In this document: positions 1 through 8,402 of the stretch, one piece after another
Layout of the letters: the number at the start of each line of letters is the position of its first letter
Numbering within the stretch: the stretch's first letter is position 1
DNA from: Myxococcota bacterium
GTDB lineage: Bacteria > Myxococcota_A > SURF-8 > G963663525
NCBI GenBank assembly: GCA_963676915.2
Contig: CAXXVK010000060.1
Span: 32,001 to 96,000 of the forward strand
DNA length: 64,000 nt
Reading direction: 5' to 3'
The notes under the pieces: generated by a model
What the model was told of the DNA's origin: nothing
Database searches by the model: none
What the model saw: only the letters and a program-made list of their open reading frames with translations
Position numbers and translations under genes: made by a program

Positions 1-2
1 AA

Positions 3-2084
3 AACATTTCCCATGATCGTGCGCTCCACAAGGAAGCATCAGGGCGGGAACCTTCGGAGATTCTACAACAGCTCTTCGGCCATAAAACTTTCCGACCACA
101 CCAGGAAACCGTCTGCCGGGAGGTCATCGCCGGCCGGGACGTGCTCTTGGTGATGCCTACCGGAGCGGGAAAATCCCTTTGCTATCAGCTTCCCGGTGTG
201 GCGCGTGGCGGCGTGACCCTGGTTGTTAGTCCCTTGATTTCATTGATGGAAGACCAGGCCGCCAAACTCAACGAACAGGGATTTGTCGCCGAACGCATTC
301 ACTCGGGACGCAGCCGCCCGCAATCGCGCCAAGCTTGCAAGGATTACCTTTCCGGCACTCTGGATTTTCTGTTTATCGCCCCGGAACGTCTGCGCGTCCC
401 CGGCTTTCCCGAAATGCTGGCCCGACGCAAACCGGCGCTTGTTGCCATTGACGAAGCCCACTGCATTTCTCACTGGGGACACGATTTTCGTCCCGATTAC
501 CGCCTGTTGGGCGAACGCCTGCCCGTTCTGCGACCGACACCCATCATTGCACTGACCGCCACGGCCACACGAATCGTGCAAGAGGATATCGTCCGACTGC
601 TGGGCTTGGAACACCCTCTGGAAGCGATTCACGGTTTCCGGCGGACGAACATCGCCATCGAAGTGGTGGAACTTCCACCGGCAGAGCGCCCAGACGCCGT
701 GCTGCGTCTTCTGGAGGACAAAGACAGGCTTCCGGCAATCGTCTACGCGCCAACGCGCAAAAAAACCGAAGAGTTGTGCGATATACTGCAAAGTCGTTTC
801 AAAATCGCCGCGTACCACGCCGGTCTTCCCGCCCGAACGCGCAACGACGTTCAGACAAAGTTTCTGGACGGAACGCTCGATGTCGTGGTGGCTACCGTCG
901 CTTTCGGCATGGGCATCGATAAAGCGAACGTCCGCACCGTGGTGCATGTGGCGCTTCCGGCTTCCGTCGAGGGATATTACCAGGAGATCGGCCGAGCCGG
1001 ACGTGACGGCAAACCTTCCCGCGCCGTGCTGTATTATTCTTACGCCGACCTTCGTATCCACCAGTTTTTGCACGAAAAAAGCTATCCCCCGACCGAAGCG
1101 CTGAGCTCAGTTTTCTCGCGATTACCCAACCAACACGCGCTTCCCAAAGACGAGTTGAAAGAGCGTCTTTTCATGGACGACGACACGTTTCAGACGGCGC
1201 TCGAAAAACTGTGGATTCACGGTGGCGCATGGATCGACCCGGACGAGAACGTCCGCCGGGGCGAGAGTCGTTGGAAAACAACCTACACCGAACAGGCCGA
1301 GTATCGCAGACGACAGTTGGAAATGATGGCTCAGTTTGCCGAGTTACCCCGCTGCCGGATGCTTCAGTTGATCCGCCACTTCGGGGATCGCGGCGACGAT
1401 CAGCGCCCCTGCGGTCTTTGCGATTTCTGCGCTCCCGAGAGCGCTTTGGCCGACACTCGGCGTCCTCCCACAGGCGAGGAAAGACGAATTGTCTCCTGCA
1501 TCATCGAGACGCTGGAAGAGCGCGATAACCTCAGCACCGGCAATCTCTTCAAACGCGCCTGCGAAGGATTGCGCACCGAACGTCGCGAATTCGAACGACT
1601 TTTGACGGCGATGGCGAGAGCAGACCTTGTGGATATCCGAGAAGATTCGTTTTCGAAAAACGGTCGAGAGATCCGCTTCAGACGGGCTTGTCTGACCATG
1701 GAAGGACGATCCTGGAACGCCTCGAAAGTCTCGACGCTGCTGGTAACGGCTCCTTCCTCAAGCGGTTCGAAAACCCGAAAAAAAGCCAAAACAAGCCGTT
1801 CGCGAACGAAAACCCACCGCAAAATTTCGACGGTTCCGGTAGCCGATGCACCACAGGGCTTGGTGGATCTTCTCAAGCAATGGCGCCTGTCTCAAGCTCG
1901 AAAACGGCGCGTTCCCGCTTTCCATATTCTCAACGACCGCACGCTGGAAGCCATCGCGGCCAGCCGTGCCATTCACGAGGACGACCTGTTGGCCGTCAAA
2001 GGCGTGGGACCGACGATCATGAAGAAGTACGGCGACCAGATATTGGAAATCATTCGAGAATTTTCGGATTCGTCAAAGCGATAA
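3..2084 (+). CDS. recQ: RecQ-family ATP-dependent DNA helicase with RQC Zn-binding region and C-terminal HRDC; 5'-partial
   Basis: MPTGAGKS Walker A, DEAHCISHWGHDFRPDY, TATA, ATVAFGMGIDK, YYQEIGRAGRDG, C...CGLCDFC, and HRDC (LKQWRLSQARKRRVPAFHILND). The frame stays open from base 3 and encodes motif 0 (LQQLFGHKTFRPHQE) upstream of the ORF-track start at 141. Confidence 0.93.
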   Translation, partial: NISHDRALHKEASGREPSEILQQLFGHKTFRPHQETVCREVIAGRDVLLVMPTGAGKSLCYQLPGVARGGVTLVVSPLISLMEDQAAKLNEQGFVAERIHSGRSRPQSRQACKDYLSGTLDFLFIAPERLRVPGFPEMLARRKPALVAIDEAHCISHWGHDFRPDYRLLGERLPVLRPTPIIALTATATRIVQEDIVRLLGLEHPLEAIHGFRRTNIAIEVVELPPAERPDAVLRLLEDKDRLPAIVYAPTRKKTEELCDILQSRFKIAAYHAGLPARTRNDVQTKFLDGTLDVVVATVAFGMGIDKANVRTVVHVALPASVEGYYQEIGRAGRDGKPSRAVLYYSYADLRIHQFLHEKSYPPTEALSSVFSRLPNQHALPKDELKERLFMDDDTFQTALEKLWIHGGAWIDPDENVRRGESRWKTTYTEQAEYRRRQLEMMAQFAELPRCRMLQLIRHFGDRGDDQRPCGLCDFCAPESALADTRRPPTGEERRIVSCIIETLEERDNLSTGNLFKRACEGLRTERREFERLLTAMARADLVDIREDSFSKNGREIRFRRACLTMEGRSWNASKVSTLLVTAPSSSGSKTRKKAKTSRSRTKTHRKISTVPVADAPQGLVDLLKQWRLSQARKRRVPAFHILNDRTLEAIAASRAIHEDDLLAVKGVGPTIMKKYGDQILEIIREFSDSSKR

Positions 2085-2334
2085 TCCCATGGGAAAGCTT
2101 CGCTTCGCCCATGCGTCCCACCTGCAAGGCAACAGAGGATTTTGACTCGTTTTTCTTGGAAATCCAAGAGGAGCTTTTCTCCACGGATTTGTAATGTTGC
2201 CCTTCCCGATTTTTACCAAATGTAAAAATTAGTATTGCAATATCTTTTAGTATAGTGTTTATAGTCGTTGGTCACGTTCATGACAAAATTTCTGTAAGGA
2301 TTCATTACAACTCAAAAGGGGAGAGGAAGCGAAA

Positions 2335-3834
2335 ATGAAACAGGTTTTGCACGTGTGGTTCGTTTTGTTGCTGTTCGGCTGTCTTGTGATGGGATGTGGA
2401 AGCGATGATAGCGATGACAACGGAAACCAGGACGGAGATTTGTCCGAAACCGAGGGCACCGATGACGATACGGGAGAGTCGGTAGACGGCGATATCGATG
2501 CTGTCGAAGAAGACCTTTTGGAAGACGACACAACCGAAACCACGGAAAATGAAGAGGAAACGGTTCCTGGATTGGGATTTGGAGAACTCTGCACATTAAC
2601 CATGGACGGTGCGGGTTTGTTCAACGCTGAAGCCGGGGATTGTGCTGAAGGCCTGACCTGCCTGGGGTCCGCATACGATCTAAGTTGCACGAGCGATGAA
2701 GACTGCGCGGTGGCACGTAGCTACGCGACTTGTTCCGACGAAGGGGTTTGCGGCGGTGTCTATTGCTCCATGAATTGCGATCAGTATGCAGATTGTGAGG
2801 GACTTACGGAGGAATCCTGCTGCAAAGACTGGGGCGAAGGACGCTGGTGCGTGAAAACCGAAGCCTGCACACCGGTCGGCGAATCAGGCGTCGGCGAGGC
2901 TTGTCCCTACGTGTTAAGTGACACTCAGATCCTCAACGAGGACAAAAGCACCTGCAAAAAAGACCTGTTTTGTGTCGGTAGCTGGTCCGATCTGGCATGC
3001 ACCACCGATCAGGAATGCATCGACCATTTCGGTGCGGATCATGCCCTTTGTCTCTCGGGTACCTGCGCTTTTTCGCGTTGCCTGAGCTGGTGCGACGACA
3101 ACAATCCCGCGAATTGTACGGCGGATGGGTACGAGAACGGTGCCTGCTGTGTCGAGGTCGATAACGTTCCGTTTTGTTTCCTCTCCGAGGACAACAATTG
3201 CGCGATCGAATACGACATGATTATCCGGGTTCAGGATCTGTATACCGGGCAGAATATCGAGGGTGTAACGGTGACGATTCTCGATATGGATACGGGACAG
3301 GCGATTCAGGGAATCGAACCGGTGGTTACGGACGAAGACGGTGTAGCCGGGTTCCTTTTCGGAGACGTGGAATTGTCTTCGATGGTTGCCGTCAAACAGG
3401 AAAAAGCGGATTCGTACAAAACCACGTATACACAAGATCTGGTTCCCGGGTTGGATTTCACCGTGTATAGCGTCAGCAATACATTCTATTCGCAACTGGC
3501 CACGGGACTTCAGCACCAAAACGGCAAAGGCATTTTGCTGGCCGACATCCAGGATATGGATACCCAATCCGTCGGTTGTCTCCAGGCGAGCACGGAATCA
3601 AACAACGGTCAGATTTATTACTTCGATGCCTCGATGAACGTCGCCGTAGGTCGGCAACAGACGGATCCCGATGCGGGAAGTTTCGGCATCGTCAATCTGG
3701 ACCCTGGAGAAGAAACCATCATCATTTCCGACGGTACCGACGACCTCACCGGTGGTCCGGTCTGGCTATACGCCGACAGTGTGAGCATCGTTCGATACTA
3801 TGTCTACGATTCTACGGCTGCCGGCTGTCAGTAA
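2335..3834 (+). CDS. Cys-rich lipoprotein: acidic linker, duplicated Cys-rich module, C-terminal beta-sandwich (carboxypeptidase-regulatory-like) region
   Basis: RBS GGAGAGG; signal peptide ending LVMGC; D/E-rich linker; two similar Cys modules; C-terminal IRVQDLYTGQNIEGVTV...TDEDG pattern. Confidence 0.8.
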   Translation: MKQVLHVWFVLLLFGCLVMGCGSDDSDDNGNQDGDLSETEGTDDDTGESVDGDIDAVEEDLLEDDTTETTENEEETVPGLGFGELCTLTMDGAGLFNAEAGDCAEGLTCLGSAYDLSCTSDEDCAVARSYATCSDEGVCGGVYCSMNCDQYADCEGLTEESCCKDWGEGRWCVKTEACTPVGESGVGEACPYVLSDTQILNEDKSTCKKDLFCVGSWSDLACTTDQECIDHFGADHALCLSGTCAFSRCLSWCDDNNPANCTADGYENGACCVEVDNVPFCFLSEDNNCAIEYDMIIRVQDLYTGQNIEGVTVTILDMDTGQAIQGIEPVVTDEDGVAGFLFGDVELSSMVAVKQEKADSYKTTYTQDLVPGLDFTVYSVSNTFYSQLATGLQHQNGKGILLADIQDMDTQSVGCLQASTESNNGQIYYFDASMNVAVGRQQTDPDAGSFGIVNLDPGEETIIISDGTDDLTGGPVWLYADSVSIVRYYVYDSTAAGCQ

Positions 3835-3860
3835 ATTCGTCGGACCTTTATTGTGGACCC

Positions 3861-3899
3861 AACGGGGAAGGGCGGTTTAATCGTTCTTCCCCGTTTTTT
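3861..3899 (+). terminator. Intrinsic terminator
   Basis: AACGGGGAAG...CTTCCCCGTT stem followed by a T-run, 26 bp after the stop. Confidence 0.8.
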
Positions 3900-4089
3900 G
3901 TTTTTTTCGACTCGGATTCTTTTTTGGGTTATTATTTATGACAAGAAAAAACCCAGTAAATACAATCCACTGGGTGGCATGAGCAAACCGCAGGTTGCCC
4001 ATGAACATCATCCGTGCAAACGTTTCACGTCGCTTGGCCCGTGACACCCTTCGTTTCGATCCTCTATCGCTACACAAAGGTTAAAAGCT

Positions 4090-4875
4090 CTAACGAATCC
4101 CGATGAAATGCAGCAGCCTACCGGTTTTTTCGCGGTCGCGCCGCCAGGAATAGTATCGAGGCGATTGCCGACAGATCGTGCAATGCCCGATCCGTTGGAC
4201 GTTCTCCGCCTTCATACCCTGCCCTTCCACCTGGATTTCCACTGCCCGCACCAGATCGAGATGCATGCGTGAACCGACCTTGCGCACCGCTTCACTACCG
4301 AAACGCTTTTCGAAATCCCCGGCCAATTCGTCGGAGACTTCGTAACAACAGGCATCGGCACCCGGACCGATCACCAACTGCAACGTCCCGGAATCACAAC
4401 CGAACGTGTCCTGCAACTCTCGGATAGCCTGGAGCGCGATTCCCTCGTATACGCCACGCCACCCGGCATGAACAGCCGCCACGGCGGGACGCTCGGGAGC
4501 ATAGAACAAAAGCGGGAGACAATCGGCGGTTTTCACACCCACAAGCAAGTCCGAACGGTCGGTGACAATACCGTCGCAGGTTACTTCGTCGGGCTTAGGT
4601 AAAACGTCCATATCTTTTCGGAGAACCAATAGATCGGTGGAATGCGTCTGCTTGACCGTCATCAGGCGATGGAATCCATCACCGGCCCGTTTCAAGGCTT
4701 CTCGGGCTGCACAATGTACGGTTTCCCGCTTGGCCTGCTCGCGGTTATCCTCGTTTTCGGTATCCAAACCCTCGTATCCACAGAAATCCGTTCCGAAACC
4801 ATGCACAATACAGGCTTCGTTTCTCCAACCGGGGAACGTGACAAAAGCATTCATCCGTCTGTCATCGTGGGTCAA
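4090..4875 (-). CDS. pgeF: YfiH/PgeF family protein (peptidoglycan editing factor / purine nucleoside phosphorylase)
   Basis: KQTHS, CDGIVT, TADCLPLL, AVHAGWRG, IGP...CCYEV, CTIC, YYSWRR. Confidence 0.92.
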   Translation of the reverse strand: MTHDDRRMNAFVTFPGWRNEACIVHGFGTDFCGYEGLDTENEDNREQAKRETVHCAAREALKRAGDGFHRLMTVKQTHSTDLLVLRKDMDVLPKPDEVTCDGIVTDRSDLLVGVKTADCLPLLFYAPERPAVAAVHAGWRGVYEGIALQAIRELQDTFGCDSGTLQLVIGPGADACCYEVSDELAGDFEKRFGSEAVRKVGSRMHLDLVRAVEIQVEGQGMKAENVQRIGHCTICRQSPRYYSWRRDREKTGRLLHFIGIR

Positions 4876-4930
4876 AACGTTTCATCTCCTGAAAACATGC
4901 ACGAATTAGAGCCTGATCTGCAAAAATCAA

Positions 4931-5027
4931 GTGTGCCATAACCTTACGCGTGAAGCGCGGAAGACTTTGTGCTTTCAATAGCTTGCACAGCCTCCCGAAC
5001 CTGAAGGTTCGTGAGACTATGGCACAC
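4931..5027. repeat. REPIN-like palindromic element (GTGCCA family) with IHF-like core
   Basis: GTGTGCCATA...TATGGCACAC terminal IR; each arm carries its own hairpin; central TTTCAATAGCTTG; related to 26450-26541. Confidence 0.65.
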
Positions 5028-5075
5028 GGTGTTTCTTTTCCGTGAGTTTTGCAAGTTCTTCTCTTATCAAATACG

Positions 5076-5103
5076 AAAAAAGCGCACCCTTAAGGATGCG
5101 CTT
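5076..5103 (-). terminator. Intrinsic terminator of the nuo cluster
   Basis: Minus strand AAGCGCATCC-TTAA-GGGTGCGCTT then TTTT, just after the nuoN stop. Confidence 0.8.
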
Positions 5104-5126
5104 GAGTTGTTGCCTTTAAATTTTCG

Positions 5127-6659
5127 TTAGGGCAAGAGGCTTAACGCGGCAGCCTGCGCCGATTGCAAGTAGGACATGGGCAGCACGCCGATAGCCAGAG
5201 TCAATCCGGCGGAAACCAGCACCGCCACCACGACCGGTACCGAAGCCAGTACCTTCGGTTCGTTCTCTTCGGCGGGCACCATGAACATGTAGACCGTCAC
5301 CCGCAGGTAGTAGTAAACCGACAACAGCGAGTTGAACACCGCGATAATCACGATAGCAACAAAACCCTGGTCCAGCACGGCTCGGAACAGGTAGAATTTC
5401 CCAACGAAACCGGCTGTCGGCGGCACACCGGCCAATGAAAGCATGAACAGAGTCATGGCCGCGCCAAGCAGCGGATAACGAAGACCAAAGCCTTGCCATC
5501 CCTTGGATACGAGCAGGTTTTCGTTGTCTTTTCGTCCCACCAGCACGATCACGGCGAAAGCGCCGAGGTTCATCACCATATAGGCTAACAGGTAAAGCAG
5601 GATCGCAGAGGTTCCGGTAGCGCTGGCATCGTTACCCATCGCCAACAGACCAAGCAGCAGATATCCGGCATGAGCGATGGAGGAATACGCCAGCATCCGC
5701 TTGATGTTATCCTGGACGAGCGCCAGGATGTTGCCGGTCGTCATGGTCAACACGGCGAGAATCCAGATCAGATTCGCCCAACCGACCGAACCGTCTTTGA
5801 GCGGGAAAAAGGCCATGAAGAAAACCCGAACGAAGACCGCGAAAGCCGCCGCCTTAACCGCCGTCGCCATAAATCCGGTCACGACGGTAGGAGCGCCTTC
5901 GTAAGCGTCCGGCGTCCATTGATGGAAAGGAACCAACGAAACTTTGAAAGCGAAACCGGCCAGCAGCATCACCATACCCAGCATCAGGTACAGGTTGGAA
6001 GAACCGTTTCTTGTGGCGAACTCACCGATTTCGGCAAGATCCAGAGTTCCTGTCGCACCGTAAATGTAGGCCATGCCGAACAGCAAAAAGCCGGTCGAAA
6101 ACGCACCCATCAGGAAGTATTTCAGCGCGGCTTCGACACTGGCGATTTTGTGGCGCTGGTAAGCGGCGAGCACGTAAATGGCCACCGACATCACTTCCAG
6201 ACCCACGAAGAACACCAGCAGATCCACAGCCCCGGCCATCAGCATCATACCAAAAAGGGCCATCAGCATCATCGAGTAGAATTCCCCACGATGCAGGCCG
6301 TGTTCTTCGAAATAACCGATCGCGCTCAGCGTGGTGATCGCCGCACCGAGCAGCAGGATCATGTCGAAGAAAACGGTAAATTTATCAACACGATAGGTGC
6401 CGAAGAAGATCGCGGCGACTTTCCCGCCACTCTCCGTGATGGATTCGAGCGCACCCCACTGAATGAAGCAGGCGAAGAAGGTCACGGCGAGACCGACGAG
6501 GGTCATGTATCCCACCCATGCTTTTTTGGCATCGGGACGGGCGAATACATCGGCCAGCAACACCGCCAGCGAAAACAGCGCAACCAGCGCCAACGGAACC
6601 AGTTGACCCACTTCCTGGAAATCGATCGTTGCGGGGAACATCCGCATCAATTCAGACAT
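5127..6659 (-). CDS. nuoN: NADH-quinone oxidoreductase subunit N
   Basis: EAALKYFLMG, FKVSLVPFHQWTPDAYEGAP, KRMLAYSSIAHAGY, YYYLRV. Confidence 0.96.
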   Translation of the reverse strand: MSELMRMFPATIDFQEVGQLVPLALVALFSLAVLLADVFARPDAKKAWVGYMTLVGLAVTFFACFIQWGALESITESGGKVAAIFFGTYRVDKFTVFFDMILLLGAAITTLSAIGYFEEHGLHRGEFYSMMLMALFGMMLMAGAVDLLVFFVGLEVMSVAIYVLAAYQRHKIASVEAALKYFLMGAFSTGFLLFGMAYIYGATGTLDLAEIGEFATRNGSSNLYLMLGMVMLLAGFAFKVSLVPFHQWTPDAYEGAPTVVTGFMATAVKAAAFAVFVRVFFMAFFPLKDGSVGWANLIWILAVLTMTTGNILALVQDNIKRMLAYSSIAHAGYLLLGLLAMGNDASATGTSAILLYLLAYMVMNLGAFAVIVLVGRKDNENLLVSKGWQGFGLRYPLLGAAMTLFMLSLAGVPPTAGFVGKFYLFRAVLDQGFVAIVIIAVFNSLLSVYYYLRVTVYMFMVPAEENEPKVLASVPVVVAVLVSAGLTLAIGVLPMSYLQSAQAAALSLLP

Positions 6660-6662
6660 CGT

Positions 6663-8348
6663 TTATTCTCCTCGCGGTGCGAAGTCGGCAGCCTTTGGCG
6701 CAGCCTTTCGGGAATCGAGTTGAATTCTTTTATCTCTTCGGGCACTTGGCGCGAAACGGCCCACCATCGGTTTTCTCAACACTTTTCTGGTCGAGGATTT
6801 CACGGCAGCGGTCGCCGTGTCCGGTATCTCGCCATCCACCTGGGCCTGTATCGCGTAATTGGCCGTCAGCTTATCGACGCTGGCTTCCATTTTGTCGAGA
6901 AACAGGTTGGGGAAAATTCCCATCACGAACATCAGAATGACCAACGGCATCAGCACGACCACTTCACGCAGCGTCAAGTCCTTGAGATTCTTGTTCTTTT
7001 CGTTGGACACCGGCCCGAACATCACCCGCTGGAACATCCAGAGCAGGTAACAGGCGGCGAATAACACACCCAGCGCCGAAATCGAGGTCAGCACCCAACC
7101 GATGCTCGAACCACCCACCACGATCCGTTCGGAAGTGAAGGCACCCAGCATGATCATGAACTCGCCGACGAAGCCGTTGAGGCCGGGAAGTCCCACCGAC
7201 GAAAGCATGGAAATCATGAAAATCGCAGCGTAAAACGGCATGATCTTGGTCAAGCCGCCGAACTCGGAAATCAAGCGGGTGTGGCGACGTTCGTAAATCA
7301 CACCGACCAAGAGGAAGAGTGCACCGGTCGAAACACCGTGGTTGAGCATCTGGTAAATCGCGCCTTTGACACCGGTGATATTCATCGCAGCGATACCGAG
7401 CATCACGAAGCCCAAGTGGCTCACCGAAGAGTAGGCCACGAGCCGTTTGACATCCTTCTGCACCATCGCCACCAACGCACCGTAGAGAATGCCCACCATC
7501 GCCAGGACGGCAATCACAGGCATCAGCGTAAAGGCGGCCTGTGGGAACAGCGGAATGGCGAAGCGCAAGAAACCGTACGTACCCATTTTCAAAAGCACAC
7601 CCGCCAGAATTACCGAACCGCCGGTGGGGGCTTCGGTATGGGCATCGGGCAACCAGGTATGGAAGGGGAACATCGGAACTTTGATGGCGAAAGCCAGCGC
7701 GAAAGCGGCGAACATCCAAAGCTGCGTCGAGGACGCAATGCCGAGGTTGAAGAGGTCCGGCAGGTAGGACGTGCCACCTTGCAGGTAAACCCAGATCAAA
7801 GCCACCAACATCAGCAGGGAGCCGAACATGGTGAACAGGAAGAATTTGATCGTGGCGTAGATCCGTTTCTCACCGCCCCAGACACCGATCAGGAAGTACA
7901 TCGGGATCAGCATCATTTCCCAGAACACGTAGAACAGGAAAAGGTCCATCGCGACCAGTGCGCCCAGCATGGCCGTTTCGAGAAACAGCATCGAGAACAT
8001 GTAGCCCTTGACGTATTTCTCGACAGCACCGAAAGCACTCAGGATGACGAGCGGGGTCAGGAAAGTGGTCAGAATCACGAGCCAGAGGGAAATTCCGTCG
8101 ATTCCCACGGCATACGAGATATTAAGCGCCGCAATCCATTGAAATTTCTCGGCAAATTGGAAGTCGGGGTTCGCATCGTTGAAACCGACGAGCAGAATCA
8201 GCGACAGGAAGAACACCAGCAGCGACCAGCCGAAGGCAAACCATTTGAGAATGCCTTTTTCCTCGCCAGGTATCAGCGAAACGAGAATCGCACCGACCAA
8301 CGGCAGCCATGTAAGGACCGAGATCAGGTAAACATCTTGAAAAGCCAT
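6663..8348 (-). CDS. nuoM: NADH-quinone oxidoreductase subunit M (with basic C-terminal tail)
   Basis: DGISLWLV, FYVFWE, KVPMFPFHTWLPDAHTEAPT, LLKMGTYG, GLPGLNGFVGE. Confidence 0.96.
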   Translation of the reverse strand: MAFQDVYLISVLTWLPLVGAILVSLIPGEEKGILKWFAFGWSLLVFFLSLILLVGFNDANPDFQFAEKFQWIAALNISYAVGIDGISLWLVILTTFLTPLVILSAFGAVEKYVKGYMFSMLFLETAMLGALVAMDLFLFYVFWEMMLIPMYFLIGVWGGEKRIYATIKFFLFTMFGSLLMLVALIWVYLQGGTSYLPDLFNLGIASSTQLWMFAAFALAFAIKVPMFPFHTWLPDAHTEAPTGGSVILAGVLLKMGTYGFLRFAIPLFPQAAFTLMPVIAVLAMVGILYGALVAMVQKDVKRLVAYSSVSHLGFVMLGIAAMNITGVKGAIYQMLNHGVSTGALFLLVGVIYERRHTRLISEFGGLTKIMPFYAAIFMISMLSSVGLPGLNGFVGEFMIMLGAFTSERIVVGGSSIGWVLTSISALGVLFAACYLLWMFQRVMFGPVSNEKNKNLKDLTLREVVVLMPLVILMFVMGIFPNLFLDKMEASVDKLTANYAIQAQVDGEIPDTATAAVKSSTRKVLRKPMVGRFAPSARRDKRIQLDSRKAAPKAADFAPRGE

Positions 8349-8402
8349 GCTTTTACCCTTTGCAAATTCAACCGGTCACAACCGGCAAGATCACGCAAAC
8401 GA

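Noticed and set aside
4931-5027. Possible 6S RNA or tRNA-like cloverleaf (GAACC/GGTTC, multibranch fold)
   Set aside because: Too short for 6S, not in zapA/ygfA context, no tRNA D/T-loop consensus; better explained as a REP doublet
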